Positions 41,030 through 56,056 of a stretch of 64,000 nucleotides of DNA are shown here, one piece after another. The notes under the pieces are model-generated. The model had not been told where the DNA came from. It worked only from the letters and a program-made list of their open reading frames with translations, and searched no databases. Source of the stretch: Eledone cirrhosa (taxonomy: Eukaryota). The DNA lies in assembly GCA_964016885.1 (NCBI GenBank), contig OZ024754.1, positions 33,108,001 through 33,172,000 of the forward strand, read 5' to 3'. The position numbers were made by a program, and so were the translations under genes. Every line of letters starts with the position of its first letter. Positions within the stretch are counted from its first letter, which is position 1.

Positions 41030-42747
41030 TGTGTGTGTGTGTGTGTGTGTTGATGTATGTGTGTCTGTGCGTGTGTGTGTGTGAATGTTTGTGTGTGTGT
41101 GTGTGCATGTGTGTGCGTGTGTGAATGTTTGTGTGTGTGCGTGTGCGTGCGTGTGTGTGCGTGTGCGTGCGTGTGTGTGTGAATGTTTGTGTGTGTGTTT
41201 GTGTGTAGTGCGTTTGTGTTTGTGACAGTTTGTATGCGTTTGTGTGTTTGTGTGTGTTTGTGGATGTTTGTGGATGTTTGTGTGCGTGTTTGAGAGTGTG
41301 TGAATGTTTGTGTGTGTGTGCGTGCGTGCGTGCGTGTGTGCGTGTGTGTGCGTGTGTGTGTGAATGTTTGTGTGTGTGTTTGTGTGTAGTGCGTTTGTGT
41401 TTGTGTCAGTTTGTATGCGTTTGTGTGTTTGTGTGTGTTTGTGTATGTTTGTGGATGTTTGTGTGCGTGTTTGAGCGTGTGTGAATGTTTGTGTGTGTGT
41501 GCGTGCGTGCGTGCGTGTGTGCGTGTGTGTGCATGTGTGTGTGAATGTTTGTGTGTGTGTTTGTGTGTAGTGCGTTTGTGTTTGTGTCAGTTTGTATGCG
41601 TTTGTGTGTTTGTGTGTGTTTGTGGATGTTTGTGGATGTTTGTGTGTGTGTTTGTGTGTGTGTGAATGTTTGTGTGTGTGTTTGTGTGTAGTGCGTTTGT
41701 GTTTGTGTCAGTTTGTATGTGTTTGTGTGTTTGTGTGTGTTTGTGGATGTTTGTGGATGTTTGTGTGTGTGTTTGTGTGTTTGTGCGTGTGCGTGTATAT
41801 GCGTGTTTGTAAATGTTTTTTTTTGTGTGTGTTTCTGAGTGTGCTTCTGTGAGTTTGTGTGTGTACGTGTGCCTGTGTGTGAGTTTGTTTGAGTGTGTGT
41901 GTCTGTGTGTGAGTGTGTGTGTCTGTGTGAGTTTCTGTGTACGTGTGTGTGTGTCTGTGACTTTGTATATATATTTTTGATTGTGAGTGTGAATATGTGG
42001 TTATGTGTATGTATGTGACTGTGTATGTATGCATTTGTGTGTATGTGTGTGTCTGTGTGTGTGTATGCGTGTGTCTGTGTGTGTATGTGTCTATGTCTGT
42101 GTGTATGTGTGTGTTTATGTGTGTGTGTATGTGTGTGTCTATGTGTGTGTGTATGTGTCTGTGTGTGTGTGTATGTGTGTATCTGTGTGTGTGTATGTGT
42201 CTATGTGTGTGTCTGTGTGTGTGTATGTGTGTGTCTATGTGTGTGTGTGTGTCTGTGTGTGTATGTATGTGTGAATGAGTGTGTGCATGAGTGTATGTGT
42301 GTGTATGTGTCTATGTATGTGTGCATGTGTCTATGTGTGTGTGTGTGTGTGTATGTGTGTATGTGTCTACGTGTGTGTGTATGCCTACAAGTTATAGTAT
42401 AACTGCGTTATATATGTTAGTACGTGCCATGATTATTGTTTAAATGCGTACCAGCTTATGGCTAAGCTGGCTACAGATGTGCGCATGCGCCTGCATCAGC
42501 CCGCCGTCAATTCTGAAGTCAGCGTCCGGCCTGAGTATCTGTTTTTTTTTGTGTGTGTTTGTGTGTGTGTGTTTGTGTGTGCGGGCATCAGCACTGCGCG
42601 TGTGACTACTTAAATAGATGCATGCGATTATATATGAGAGAGCGAAGTACATGGAGACAGATAGGTCCATGTATAAGCTGATAGGCAAAATAGCTGGCAG
42701 ACAGACACGGTATTGTGGGTGTAGTGTGTGTGTGTAGTGTGTGTATT

Positions 42748-42779
<32 letters not shown>

Positions 42780-43210
42780 TGAGAGTGTGTGAGTGTGCAT
42801 ATGTGTGTGTGTGAGTGCGTGTGTGTGAATGTGAGAGCGTGTGTGTGAGTGTGTGAGTGTGTGTATCTGTGTGTGTGAGTGTGTGTGTGTGTGAATGTGA
42901 GAGTGTGTGAGTGTGTGTATCTGTGTGTATGTGTGTGTGAGTGAGTGTGTGTGAGTGTGTGTGAGCGTGAGTGTGTGTATCTGTGTGTGTGTGTGTGTGT
43001 GTGTGCGCGTGAATGTGAGAATGTGTGAGTGTGTGTATCTGTGTGTGTGTGTGTGAGTGTGTGTGAGTGTGTGTGTGTGTGTGAGTGTGTGTGTGCGTGA
43101 ATGTGAGAGTGTGTGAGTGTGTGTATCTGTGTGCGTCTGTGTGTGTGAGTGTGTGTGTGTGTATCTGTGTGAGTGTGTGTATCTGTGTGTGAGTGTGTGA
43201 GTGTGTGTAT
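41030..43210. repeat. (GT)n-derived satellite including a ~181-bp higher-order repeat (41230, 41411, 41592)
   Basis: tagtgcgtttgtgtttgtgtcagtttgtatgcg recurs at 181-bp spacing. Confidence 0.9.
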
Positions 43211-43233
43211 GCAGGTGAGAAACTTTGATGTAC

Positions 43234-43268
<35 letters not shown>

Positions 43269-44127
43269 CACACACTCATACACACACGCACACACATATA
43301 TATATAAAATTATATATGTATATATATGTATATATTTATAAACACATATGGATGGATAGATTACTAAATAAACATTTAGAGTATGTTTAGGAGGTGTATG
43401 TATGTTTATGTATATGTATGTATACATACACATACATTATGTATTTTTGTATAAATATATATATATGCATATATATATATATATATACACACACACATAT
43501 ATATATATATATATACATATATATATACATATAGGTATAGATAGATAGATAGATATGTGTGTATACATATATACATATATAATATATATATAAATATATA
43601 TATATACATACATCTACACAAACACGCATACACACATACATATATACATACGCACACACATACATACTTGTAAGAGAGTGGATGCTGGTGTAGGAGAGGA
43701 TAGGGATCATGGTGTGTGTGTATATATGTATATATGTATATATGTATATATGTATATATATATATGTATATATGTATATATGTATATATGTATATATATA
43801 TATATATGTATATATGTATATATGTATATATGTATATATATATATATATATATGTATGTATATATATATATATATGTATGTATGTATATATGTATATATG
43901 TATGTATGTATATATGTATGTATATATGTATGTATATATGTGTAAATGTATGTATATATGTATGTATCTATGTATATATGTATATATGTACATATATATG
44001 AATATATGTATATATGTATGTATATATGTATATATGTATGTATATATGTATGTATGTATATATGTATGTATATATGTATGTATGTATATATGTATGTATA
44101 TATGTATGTATATATGTATATATATAC

Positions 44128-44170
<43 letters not shown>

Positions 44171-44171
44171 C

Positions 44172-44214
<43 letters not shown>

Positions 44215-44215
44215 C

Positions 44216-44260
<45 letters not shown>

Positions 44261-44261
44261 C

Positions 44262-44305
<44 letters not shown>

Positions 44306-44371
44306 GCGCATGTCTATGATGACGGTAGTAGGAATATAATATAATGGCAGTCAATGTTGCTGGCTTATGCC

Positions 44372-44405
<34 letters not shown>

Positions 44406-44599
44406 GTGTGAGGCTGGTAGGGTTGAGAAGGAACCGGTGTGTCGGTGTAAACGTCTGACACGGTCCAGAAACGCCACTTGGTGAAGCACTTGATGAAATG
44501 ACGTGTGGTCATGTCCATATTTTGTTAACCTCTATATACGTTTTAATAGTTTTTACCCCCCGAGGGTTGCATTTCTTACTGTTTTCACAATTGCATGGA

Positions 44600-44641
44600 T
44601 TCCCTCTCTCACATATATATATCTCTCTCTCTCTCTCTATT

Positions 44642-44693
<52 letters not shown>

Positions 44694-44753
44694 TTTCTCT
44701 CTTTTTGTTTTTTTCTTCCTCTTTATCTCCACCTCCTTGCTCTTAAATTCCTT

Positions 44754-44790
<37 letters not shown>

Positions 44791-44818
44791 CTCTTTCCAC
44801 TCATACCTCTCTCTCCCC

Positions 44819-44854
<36 letters not shown>

Positions 44855-44963
44855 CTTTCCACTCATACCAATCTCTCCCACTCTTTCTCTCTCTCTCTCT
44901 CTCTCTCTCTGTTTGTTTTTTTTTCTTCCTCTTTATCTCCACCTCCTTGCTCTTAAATTCCTT

Positions 44964-45017
<54 letters not shown>

Positions 45018-45295
45018 ACTCTTTCCACTTATACCTCTCTCTCTCTCTATCTATCTATCTATCTCTCTTTCCACTCATACCTCTCTCTCCCTCTCTCTCT
45101 ATCTCTATCTATCTATCTCTCTTTCCACTCATACCAATCTCTCCCACTCTTTCTATCTCTCTCTCTCTCTTTGTTTGTTTCTTTCTCTTTATCTACCATC
45201 CCCTCTTCCTCTATATCTCCACCTTCTTGCTCTTAAATTCTTTTTCCTCTCTCTCTCTCTTTCTCTCTCACACACACACACACAATCTTTCTCTA

Positions 45296-45340
<45 letters not shown>

Positions 45341-45527
45341 TTAGTTTATTTCACCCTACACCCTCTTCTCTACACTTATCTTCCCCCCCCCCCTCTCTCT
45401 CTCTCCTTAGTTTCTTCCTCTTTATTACCGCCCCCTACGCATATTTCTCTCTCTCTCTCTCTATCCCTCTCTCCCTCTCTCCCTCTCTCTCTATCCCTCT
45501 CTCCCTCTCTCCCTCTCTCCCCCCCCT

Positions 45528-45583
<56 letters not shown>

Positions 45584-45892
45584 GCACTCTGTGTGTGTTT
45601 CTATTCTCTTTATCTCATTTCTCCCTCTTCTTCTTTATGTCCACTGATGTGTTTTTTCCTATCTCTCTCTCTCTCCCTCTTTCACTCTCCCCCTCTCTCT
45701 CCCTCTTTCACTCTCCCCTCTCTATCTCCCCTCTCCCCCTCCCTCTTTCACTCTCCCCTCTCTTTCCTTCACTCTCTCTCTCCATCACTCTCTGTCTCTC
45801 TCCATCACTCTCTCTCTCCATCACTCTCTCTCTCCTTCACTCTCTCTCTTTCCTTCACTCTCTCTCTCTCTCTTTCCTTCACTTTCTCTCTC
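44600..45892. repeat. (CT)n-rich low-complexity tract with internal duplications
   Basis: tctccacct(c/t)cttgctcttaaattc three times; ctttccactcatacc repeated. Confidence 0.9.
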
Positions 45893-46596
45893 AAGAGAGA
45901 TAAACACAGATATAAACATACATGTGTTCGAATTGTAAGGGACCAAGTTCACTAGGGGGAAAAAAATACTAACTATAACAATATAGTTTGCCAGACTCAA
46001 TTTAAAGTAATAAATCAAGAAAAAGAACAACAAACCATATAGGGCAACTGCCTGAAACACCCAGACAGCTTTGGTAGCTGTTCCGAAAAGGAAATCACCA
46101 ATTTTCTGCTCTTCAGAGGGTGTAAAAATTAGTAATCCCTTCACTTCTATGTATATCAGAAGACTGAATAGTGTGTGAATATGAAATAACGCAGATGGCT
46201 TCGGAACCTAGCGTGTCTCATAAACATACCCTGCTAAAAATAGCAGCCGGGTTTACACGACATTTAAATTAGCTCTAAAAGAAGGAGCCGACAATATCAG
46301 GTATTATGTTAGGAACTCAAAATAGTCTCATACAATTAAATAGCTCAAAGAAAGAAGTTTTTCTGAGCAGAAAATTGGTGATTTCCTTTGCTAAATAATT
46401 TGCGAAACAGCTACCAAAGTTGTCTGGGTGTTTCAGGCAGTTGCCCAATATAGGTTTGTTCTTATTTTTCTTGATTTATTACTTTAAATTGAGTCTGGTA
46501 AACTATATTGTTATAGTTAGTATTTTTTTCCCCCTAGTGAACTTGGTCCCTTACAATTCGAAGACATGTATGTTTATATTTGTGTTTATCTCTCTT
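45893..46596. mobile_element. Inverted-repeat element (arms 45893-46111 / 46365-46596, ~250-bp spacer) with hammerhead-like motif
   Basis: Minus 46058-46122: caccct-CTGAAGA-...-GGAA-cagctaccaaagctg-TC-tgggtg; the other arm retains GAAA. Confidence 0.7.
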
Positions 46597-46665
46597 TTAT
46601 ATTCAATTATATATATATATATACATTTCGATGTGAAAGCACATATCTAAAACCACATGTGAAAG

Positions 46666-46758
46666 CACATATCTGAAGAACGTTCGATTCCAGAGTCAGG
46701 AACGAACATAATCGATCGTTCCTCGAGCTGATCGGCAGTGAAACATATGTAATATTTG
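46666..46758 (+). ncRNA. Hammerhead ribozyme-like motif with long stem II
   Basis: atat-CTGAAGA-60 nt-GAAA-catatg-TA-atat; decayed homolog on minus at 14750-14880. Confidence 0.65.
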
Positions 46759-46920
46759 ATTAAATATGTATATGGTGCAACACGGATTCTGTTTTTCCTA
46801 TTTATTATATGCATATAAAAGATGGCAACATAAATGGACCTGTTATCTTTATCTAAAGACATTTTTTTCCAATTCCACCCCGCCCGTCCGCCCCTTCAAT
46901 CTATCTAATTTCTCATTCTT

Positions 46921-46956
46921 TCTTCTGATGATGGACTAGGGTCCGAAACTTTAAGA
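46921..46956 (+). ncRNA. Minimal hammerhead ribozyme (stem III mutated)
   Basis: tctt-CTGATGA-tggac tagg gtcc-GAAA-ct-TT-aaga; homolog of 34002. Confidence 0.75.
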
Positions 46957-47051
46957 CCCTCTTCCTGCTATATCAAGCGTTAACCTAATATATTCCGTCC
47001 ATATACTGTACCGATTGTGTTGTTATTTCTGATTACCTTTTAAATACATAC

Positions 47052-47331
<280 letters not shown>

Positions 47332-47347
47332 GTATGTATTTAAAAGG

Positions 47348-47708
47348 TGGATGGTGGATGGGTGCTACACGAGAATGCTGAGGATGGCTCTGAACATTAA
47401 TCAGTATACACTGAGGATGAAAAACTCAGAGCTGTATGGGAGCATCCCAAAAGTCAGCTCAAAAGTGACACAGAGGAGACTGAGGTTAGCTGGACATGCT
47501 CACCGACATCCAGAGTTAACACTGCACTCAGTGCTCCTTTGGGAGCCCCTACATGGACACACTAGAAGAGGAAGACCAAGATTAACGTATGTTGATGCCC
47601 TAAGGACAGACACTGGTCTGTTGGAGATGCAGGACATGGCAGCGATAATGAGGGACAGAGACCGCTGGAGAGAACTCGTCCATGGATCTCGGGAATTTTA
47701 CCCGCCTT

Positions 47709-47710
<2 letters not shown>
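47348..47710 (+). mobile_element. RTE-clade LINE 3' fragment
   Basis: [14 protein letters not shown]...[14 protein letters not shown]...[21 protein letters not shown]...MRDRDRWR is the typical post-RT C-terminus. Confidence 0.88.
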
Positions 47711-47752
<42 letters not shown>

Positions 47753-48365
47753 TCACACACTTACACAAGGGTCGGCTGAAAAGTTCATGGGCTGTTTTGA
47801 AGTATGTTTTTCATCGAATTGACAAAAACGTTAGGACGTCTGATGAAATGGTTCGATCTCAGGTTCTAGTTCAATTTGATCAAAATCAACCATTTCTAAT
47901 TAAAAAAAAAAAAATAATAATCTATTATTTGAGAAATAATTATCATCAGTATTGAAATGGTAAGATTTAGAAATATAACACTCAGATGTGTGCGCCCTAG
48001 ACGGCTGCCTAGTTGGACTTAATGGTAACGCCAGCCGTGTTTGTGTTATATATACAGACTTTTGAATATTAGATCAACTGACATTGCTGTTGTTTTGCCT
48101 GACAATGATGGAGTGGAATCCAATGCATTAATTACGGCGAACATTTGGAATTATTTAGTGGATACATACGTTTGGCCTGTCTGTTTGTCTCTGTCGTCTG
48201 CTTGACACACAGCTATTTACATTTTGTTATATATATGTATGTACATGTGTGTAAGTATGTGTGTGTATGAGTGTGTGAGTGTGTTTGTGTCAGTTTACAA
48301 TCTATTTTACACCATCCATAATTTATATATACATATACGTCTGTATACATATATATATATATGCG

Positions 48366-48561
<196 letters not shown>

Positions 48562-48656
48562 TTTATATATATATATATACATATATATACACACATATTC
48601 ATATATGTTTACACACGCACATTCACAAATATATACATACACAAGGTCATTTACAC

Positions 48657-48791
<135 letters not shown>

Positions 48792-48841
48792 GCATACACA
48801 CATTCACATATATGCACATACTTACAATCACGGGTATATAC

Positions 48842-48912
<71 letters not shown>

Positions 48913-49320
48913 TATGTATACATATATATATACATGTGTGTGTATAATATATACCTCCATAGCCATCGTACCATCTCTGTCAACTTAGATGAGCAGTATT
49001 TACAGGACACTATCTCATGTAAATATAACCTATATTAGCTAAATGACAGCTCATTGTCTTCGTCTTTCGTGTTTCCTTTTATGTTTCACAGCTCATTGCT
49101 GCTTCATTTACATCCATACTCTATATGACGTCTTTGATATATATGCCTGCAGAAAACAATTATCGGTATGTATTGATACCTGAATGGCTGTGTAGTTAAG
49201 GAGTAAACCATGTGATTTCGGGTTCAATCTAATATAGCTTCGGTGTTGGGACTCGAACACACACACACATACACACACACACACACACACACATACACAT
49301 GCGCACATATTTATATATAA

Positions 49321-49404
<84 letters not shown>

Positions 49405-49419
49405 ATATGTATGTATATG

Positions 49420-49470
<51 letters not shown>

Positions 49471-49832
49471 GATATCCACGGTAAGTTGTGGGGGGGTCTA
49501 GTCTGCATGAAGAAACGATCGTAAAGAAGCGAAGTATATTTCTAATGACTTGATTTTTTATTTCATTGTTTTAACTTATATATATATATATATATTTGAA
49601 GTGTGGGGACAACTGGAAAGCTTCCATTACTCATACTTCTCGCCTTCTTCGCCACCTCTTCTGCGGACTCGATATGAATACCCCCTCCGCCTCCGTGGTA
49701 TTTTCTTCGTGGTTATAAGAGACTTAGCTCTGTTTCTCGACCGTTATATCGCGTGACTATCTCCCCCTCCGCCCTTTTGGGATTCTTTCTCACGTCGTGT
49801 AGACGCGTTCTTGAGACTAGTAAAATGAGGTA

Positions 49833-49922
49833 TCCTCTTGATAAGTCGGCAGACCTCGCAGGGACTCTATGTCTTTATGATATATTGTTTTTGTTTATGC
49901 CATGAAACTACGTAGTCGAGGA
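49833..49922 (+). ncRNA. Degenerate hammerhead motif
   Basis: tcctc-TTGATAA-...-GAAA-ctacgtag-TC-gagga; core mutated but stems I and III intact. Confidence 0.5.
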
Positions 49923-50246
49923 ATTTAGGAGCAGTTTAGGTATGATACATTTTATTACTAATTATATCTAAATGTTTCTTCTCTCTTCATAATGTATTTT
50001 AACTCTGATACTGGTTCAGTCTAGTTCAACTGAATTGGTCTGTCCCGGTCATTCATTGAGCAACATCGGTGAAGTTGGCACCCTTAACTCACGGTTGGGT
50101 GCGGATGCATTCATGTATATATGTGTGTGTCCGCATGTATCTGTGTGTTTCTAAATATATTATATATATATATATATATTTATTTATTTATAGTTTGAAA
50201 CTAGCTGTTGAAACGGCACGAGCTCAGCCATTGGGGTCCTGTTTCC

Positions 50247-50289
<43 letters not shown>

Positions 50290-50352
50290 TAGAAAATGAG
50301 GTTTTTTTACAAAATAAAAAAAAAACGAGTTGTCCTACACGAGTGAAAGTAC

Positions 50353-50611
50353 AAGGAAAAAAGTTGAAATCTAAAATGCAACTCGAGTCTTTTTAAAAAT
50401 ATTTATGTGTTTCCTTTACCGGTTTCGCAGTTCTTGTGCTTTTCAAAAGTACAATTGAGATGGAGGGTTTGTGGTTTTTCTCGCAACTGCGAGAAAAACC
50501 CTCCATCTCAATTCTACTTTTGAAAAGCACAAGAACTGCGAAACCGGTAAAGGAAACATAAATATTTTTAAAAAGACTCGAGTTGCATTTTAGATTTCAT
50601 CTTTTTTCTTT
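50353..50611. mobile_element. Fold-back element with degenerate hammerhead in both arms
   Basis: Arms 50353-50470 / 50496-50611; ctt-TTGAAAA-gca caagaac tgc-GAAA-ccgg-TA-aag at 50517-50552. Confidence 0.7.
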
Positions 50612-50754
50612 ATATATATATATATACAAAATTAATTAAATTAAATTAAATTAAGGGAGTCATGTCCGAGATATGCGCCATATCCACGGTAGAATAAGCT
50701 CAAAGATTCCAATGAATAGATCCGATGTGTAAACACAGATAGTTAAATCTTCTC

Positions 50755-50837
50755 CCTTGCTGAAGATCCGTAATTTGACTACTGTTACTTTACGGATTAA
50801 TGGTGAAATATATTTCTTTAATGAAATATATACAAGG
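50755..50837 (+). ncRNA. Hammerhead-like motif with extended stem III
   Basis: ccttg-CTGAAGA-tccgtaa...ttacgga ttaatggt-GAAA-tatatttc tttaat gaaatata-TA-caagg; homolog at 11095-11185. Confidence 0.6.
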
Positions 50838-51144
50838 AAGATTAATCATTTTTTAAAAGGTAATATTTGAAACTCTAGTTAAACTTTAATTAGTTACCTA
50901 CCTAGCTATGTGTGATTAAACACTTTACAAATTATCCCCTGTGATTGTTTCATGCGTTTATTTTGAATATGTCAATCAATTCTAGTTGATATATATATAT
51001 ATATATTACGATTGGTGCTCTGAAATAGCGATGTATACATGAATGTATGCATAGTATATTTGGCATAATACAGTATGTTTAATTAAAAACATTTTGAAGT
51101 AGTGAATATGTCACTTACTTCTTTTCGGCGAAAGAAGACAGAGA

Positions 51145-51186
51145 AGCTAACAGTCTGTTTCATGCTGTTTGGCGATCATCAGAGCT
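51145..51186 (-). ncRNA. Minimal hammerhead-like motif
   Basis: Minus: agct-CTGATGA-tcgccaaacagcat-GAAA-cagactg-TT-agct; weak stem II. Confidence 0.55.
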
Positions 51187-51236
51187 ACGTACTGCCCTCT
51201 TCCGCCGAAAATTAAAATATATTATATAACAATATA

Positions 51237-51314
<78 letters not shown>

Positions 51315-51530
51315 AACATGGATACTGTCATATTATTGGCAGTTAACTATTGTCATCTCCTTTGTTTAGTTCAACACCTTTTCTTTCCTTTTCTCTCTCT
51401 CTCCGACTCACTCTCTCGCTCTATCTCTTTCTCTCTCCCTTACTCTAGGTCTCTCACTCTCACTCCCTCACACTCACTCCCTCACTCTTAATCTCTCTAT
51501 TCCTTCCCACATTTCTCTCTCTCTCATCGT

Positions 51531-51570
<40 letters not shown>

Positions 51571-51653
51571 ATCACTCATTCTCTCTCTTTCCCCATCACT
51601 CTCTCTCTCTCCATCTCCCCCTCCCTCTCTCTCTACGCATCTCTCGCTCTCTC

Positions 51654-51730
<77 letters not shown>

Positions 51731-52184
51731 TCCCTCATGCATGCATGCATGCATATGTGCATATGTACGTGTGCTATGTGTATATATATGTATATATGTA
51801 TGCCTCTCTCTCTCTCTCTCTCCATCTCCCTCTCTCTCTCACTCTCTCTATCTCTCTCACACTCTCTCCCCATCACTCCCCCTCACTCTCCCTCACACTC
51901 TCCGCTCTCCTGTTCATTCCTCAGCCATACACATTCATTCACATGTCCAAACATACCCGCTCGGCCCTTTCTTCTTCTTTAAATCCAGCTCTCATTCGGC
52001 AATAGATCGTTTGCGAAAACTATCAATTAAATGATTCTGCTACAATCGGACGCAGTGTGAAGAAAGATTGGTCTTTTGTTAAACCGCTTGACGGTGTTCT
52101 TCTAGTTTCTTCCATTTCTTTTTCTTTCCTTTTTGGTTGTTTATTTATATATTTCCTGTTGTTATTGTTGCTGTTGCTGCTGCT

Positions 52185-52269
<85 letters not shown>

Positions 52270-52584
52270 CTTTGCCCTTCCTCTTCATCTCTTTAAGTTT
52301 AGTTTTAATGATAGAGCAACGACATACAAACAACAAATGAAGCTCTTTGTTACATTTACCAGAGGAAACAATTCAGTAATCGTCCTTTGAGCATTTCGTA
52401 TTGTCCAACTCCCCAGCCCCAGCCCCAGCCCCACCTCCTCCTCCTCCCTCACACACACACCATCCGCACATTCAGCCATGTTTCTGCTACCCATTCAACT
52501 ATCATTGCTATGTCTATCAATCTATCTATACACCATATACACATGCAGTTTGCTTTCTATTTATTTCTCTGTCTCGTCCCTCCC

Positions 52585-52616
<32 letters not shown>

Positions 52617-52656
52617 CTCTCTCTCTCTCTCTCTCTCACCCATATATATATATGGG

Positions 52657-52735
<79 letters not shown>

Positions 52736-52899
52736 CATGTATATATATACATACATAGGTGTATGTATATATGTGTGTTTATGTATATATATATATATGT
52801 ATATATATGTATGTATGTATATATATATATATATATGTGTCTGTGTGTGTGCGTGTGTATGTATGTATGTATGTATATGTTTATGTATGTACGTATATG

Positions 52900-52963
<64 letters not shown>

Positions 52964-53221
52964 CATACATACATATATATATATATACACACAAATATAC
53001 ATACACTACACATATGTACGTATATATACATATATATATGTATGTATATATACATAGGTGTGTGCGTGTGTGTATATACATGGAGAATTAGAAATGTGAG
53101 AGGTAGTTAGACAACCATGCATCCATCCCACTTTCCATCTATCCGACCATCATTGAAATGGTAGATCACTGTATATAAGTCTACTTATATATACAGCTGC
53201 TACTATATACACACATACCTA

Positions 53222-53300
<79 letters not shown>

Positions 53301-53660
53301 AATATATATTATATATATAAATTAATAAAAATAATGAATAAAAACAAAGAAACAGTTCCTTATATTAAAAAATTCATCATTTTACGATCGTTTCTGGGGA
53401 TTATATGTGTGTTGGTATGTATATCATATAGATCTATGTAAAAATTTTACAAACTATCAGAGGGAATATACATATGTATATGTATATATGTGTGTGTATG
53501 TATACATATGTATGTATGTCTGTATATATATATACATATATATATATATGTACATATGTGTATGTATATATGTGTGTGTATGTATACATATGTATGTATG
53601 TCTGTATATATATATGTATGTATATATGTGTGTGTATGTATACATATGTATGTATGTCTG

Positions 53661-53710
<50 letters not shown>

Positions 53711-53983
53711 CATATATATATATGTACATATGTGTATGTATATATGTCTGTGTATGTATACATATGTATGTATGTCTGTATATATATATATACATATATA
53801 TATACATATATATATATGTACATATGTGTATGTATATATGTGTGTGTATGTATACATATGTATGTATGTCTGTATATATATATATATATACATATGTATA
53901 TATATGTACATATGTGTATGTATATATGTGTGTGTATGTATACATATGTATGTATGTCTGTATATATAAATATATATAATATG

Positions 53984-54588
53984 TCAGGTCACCAGTTGGT
54001 GCTACTGGTAACATGTATCCCAGTACAACCTGTCCCATGGTCGGGTCGTTGGCGACTAAACTGGCAACCCCACCAAGGTTTCCTTGGTGAGGAGGGTGAC
54101 TTTGGACATCATGCAGGACTAAAAACAAAACCTGTCAAAGGGCAAAAGAGCTCTTAAGTGTCAATGGCCATCCAAAATCACCGGGAGAGATGATCCCTTA
54201 GCCTTTGTCAAGGCAGAATTCTAGGAAAAGGAAAACTCTGATATAACACCTGCAACCCTGGTGGTATCCAATGATGTTGACTTGTTCTTCTTTTTGGTAA
54301 ATATCATCTTGGTTAAGAGAGTGGGACTGGCTTTGTGCAGTGCCTTTGCTCACTATAAAAGCTTCACGGCACAGGCATTGCTTTATATCTGGAGATCTCT
54401 CTGCACTTGTCGTCACGTGGTACCATGGGCCCAGCACTATGTGTCAATAATTGTCACAAGTGTAGTGTTTGTACCAGTGTTTTCAAGTCGCTGGCTGGAC
54501 TAAAAAGTCACACTTTTCAACGCATCGGTAGTGGTTCTCTTACATGGATATAAAGTAGTGACCGTACTCGAAAACGAGTTGGCAACCA

Positions 54589-54590
<2 letters not shown>
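53984..54590 (+). mobile_element. Probable internally deleted RTE-type element (5'UTR-like start joined to a 3' end)
   Basis: aaggcag...ggaaaaggaaaactctga resembles RTE 5' UTRs; 54455-54511 encodes HKCSVCTSVFKSLAGLKSH (C2H2-like RTE C-terminus); ends with hairpin ctcg aaaa cgag before (TA)n. Confidence 0.5.
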
Positions 54591-54630
<40 letters not shown>

Positions 54631-54635
<5 letters not shown>

Positions 54636-55177
54636 CAAATAACGAAACGAAATTAAATTTCGTTTCATTTGTAACTCACTTTTGTATGACTGACGCTTAA
54701 ACAATTAAGTTAAAAATGTACATCCACATATGTATACTGAAATACTAGTATGCATATGAATACACACACGTATACATATGTAGATGTACCGAGTTTTTCA
54801 CTGGTCACTTTACTGTGAGTGTCCAGCTATTCTGTATGTAAACACACAGACAAACCGGTTTTTAGAGTCATACTGGTTTTTGAGGAAAACTTAAAGCAAG
54901 GAATATTGAACTAGTTTCGATGTTGTTACATCTCATCAGCAATATTTACCTATCTTCCGGCCTCTCTTTCTGGAGAATAGAGGAAAGGTGTTTCCTCAAA
55001 AACCAGTATGACTCTAAAAACCGGTTTGTCTGTGTGTTTACATACAGAATAGCTGGACACTCACAGTAAAGTGACCAGTGAAAAACTCGGTACATCTACA
55101 TATGTATACGTGTGTGTATTCATATGCATACTAGTATTTCAGTATACATATGTGGATGTACATTTTTAACTTAATTA
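54631..55177 (-). mobile_element. Fold-back Penelope-like remnant with hammerhead (54902-54946, minus) in the spacer
   Basis: Essentially perfect ~185-bp arms 54703-54888 / 54991-55176; aatattg-CTGATGA-gatg taacaa catc-GAAA-ctag-TT-caatatt; tail 54631-54702. Confidence 0.88.
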
Positions 55178-55195
55178 TATATATATATATATATA

Positions 55196-55703
55196 TATAA
55201 TGAAATGACAGGAGGCTGGATTTGTGTAAATCCTTGAAAGGTTTATTATACTATGATCATTTCAATGACCGGGTTCCGTATGAATCCGGTGATATCATCA
55301 GGTATTCGAAATATAATAAGTGAATGTAATAGATACAATCCACTTGAGGGCGACCGGCAAAGGTGGAAGATGTTGGATGGCGGTCGTCCTCGGGTTTTCC
55401 ATTTTCAGCCCCATGGATTTTATCTATTACATTCACTTATTATATTTCGAATACCTGATGATATCACCGGATTCATACGGAACCCGGTCATTGAAATGAT
55501 CATAGTATAATAAACCTTTCAAGGATTTACATAAGTCCAGCCTCCTGTCATTTCATTATAATATTTAACTCCGTACTAGCACCACCAACTACAAAAACAA
55601 AGACGGTTGAACTGCTTTACGTTGAGTACTCTCCATATTATTACATTAAGATTGACCATACGGAATTGACCAGCCCTATCCAGTGGTGAACCTCAAACCT
55701 GAA
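55196..55703 (+). mobile_element. Fold-back Penelope-like remnant with mirror hammerheads (55248-55305 minus, 55451-55508 plus)
   Basis: atac-CTGATGA-tatcaccggattcatacggaacccggtcatt-GAAA-tgatca-TA-gtat; arms 55196-55341 / 55415-55561; ~140-nt tail. Confidence 0.88.
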
Positions 55704-55920
55704 TATATATATATATCAGTAATGTACTGGGTAATTGCTGGCCTTGTGCCTAAAGTAGAAACAATTATAAATTTTAAAGGATAGTAAATAAAACGAGTAA
55801 ATCAGACAAATTTGGAATTCCTTTTATTAATATATATATATATGTGAAAACAGGGAGAAAGAGACGATTATTAGGAAGAAAAATATTTTTTTTTCCTTTT
55901 TTGTTTCTCTCTCTCTTTTT

Positions 55921-56002
<82 letters not shown>

Positions 56003-56056
56003 ATTAAATAAATGGAAACTATATTTATAAAACCATATTTATTTCATTATATATAA

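Noticed and set aside
54703-55561. Inverted repeats as DNA-transposon MITEs or miRNA precursors
   Set aside because: Asymmetric single-copy tails, embedded hammerheads and the same layout as the Naiad-derived copy at 20171 point to PLE origin
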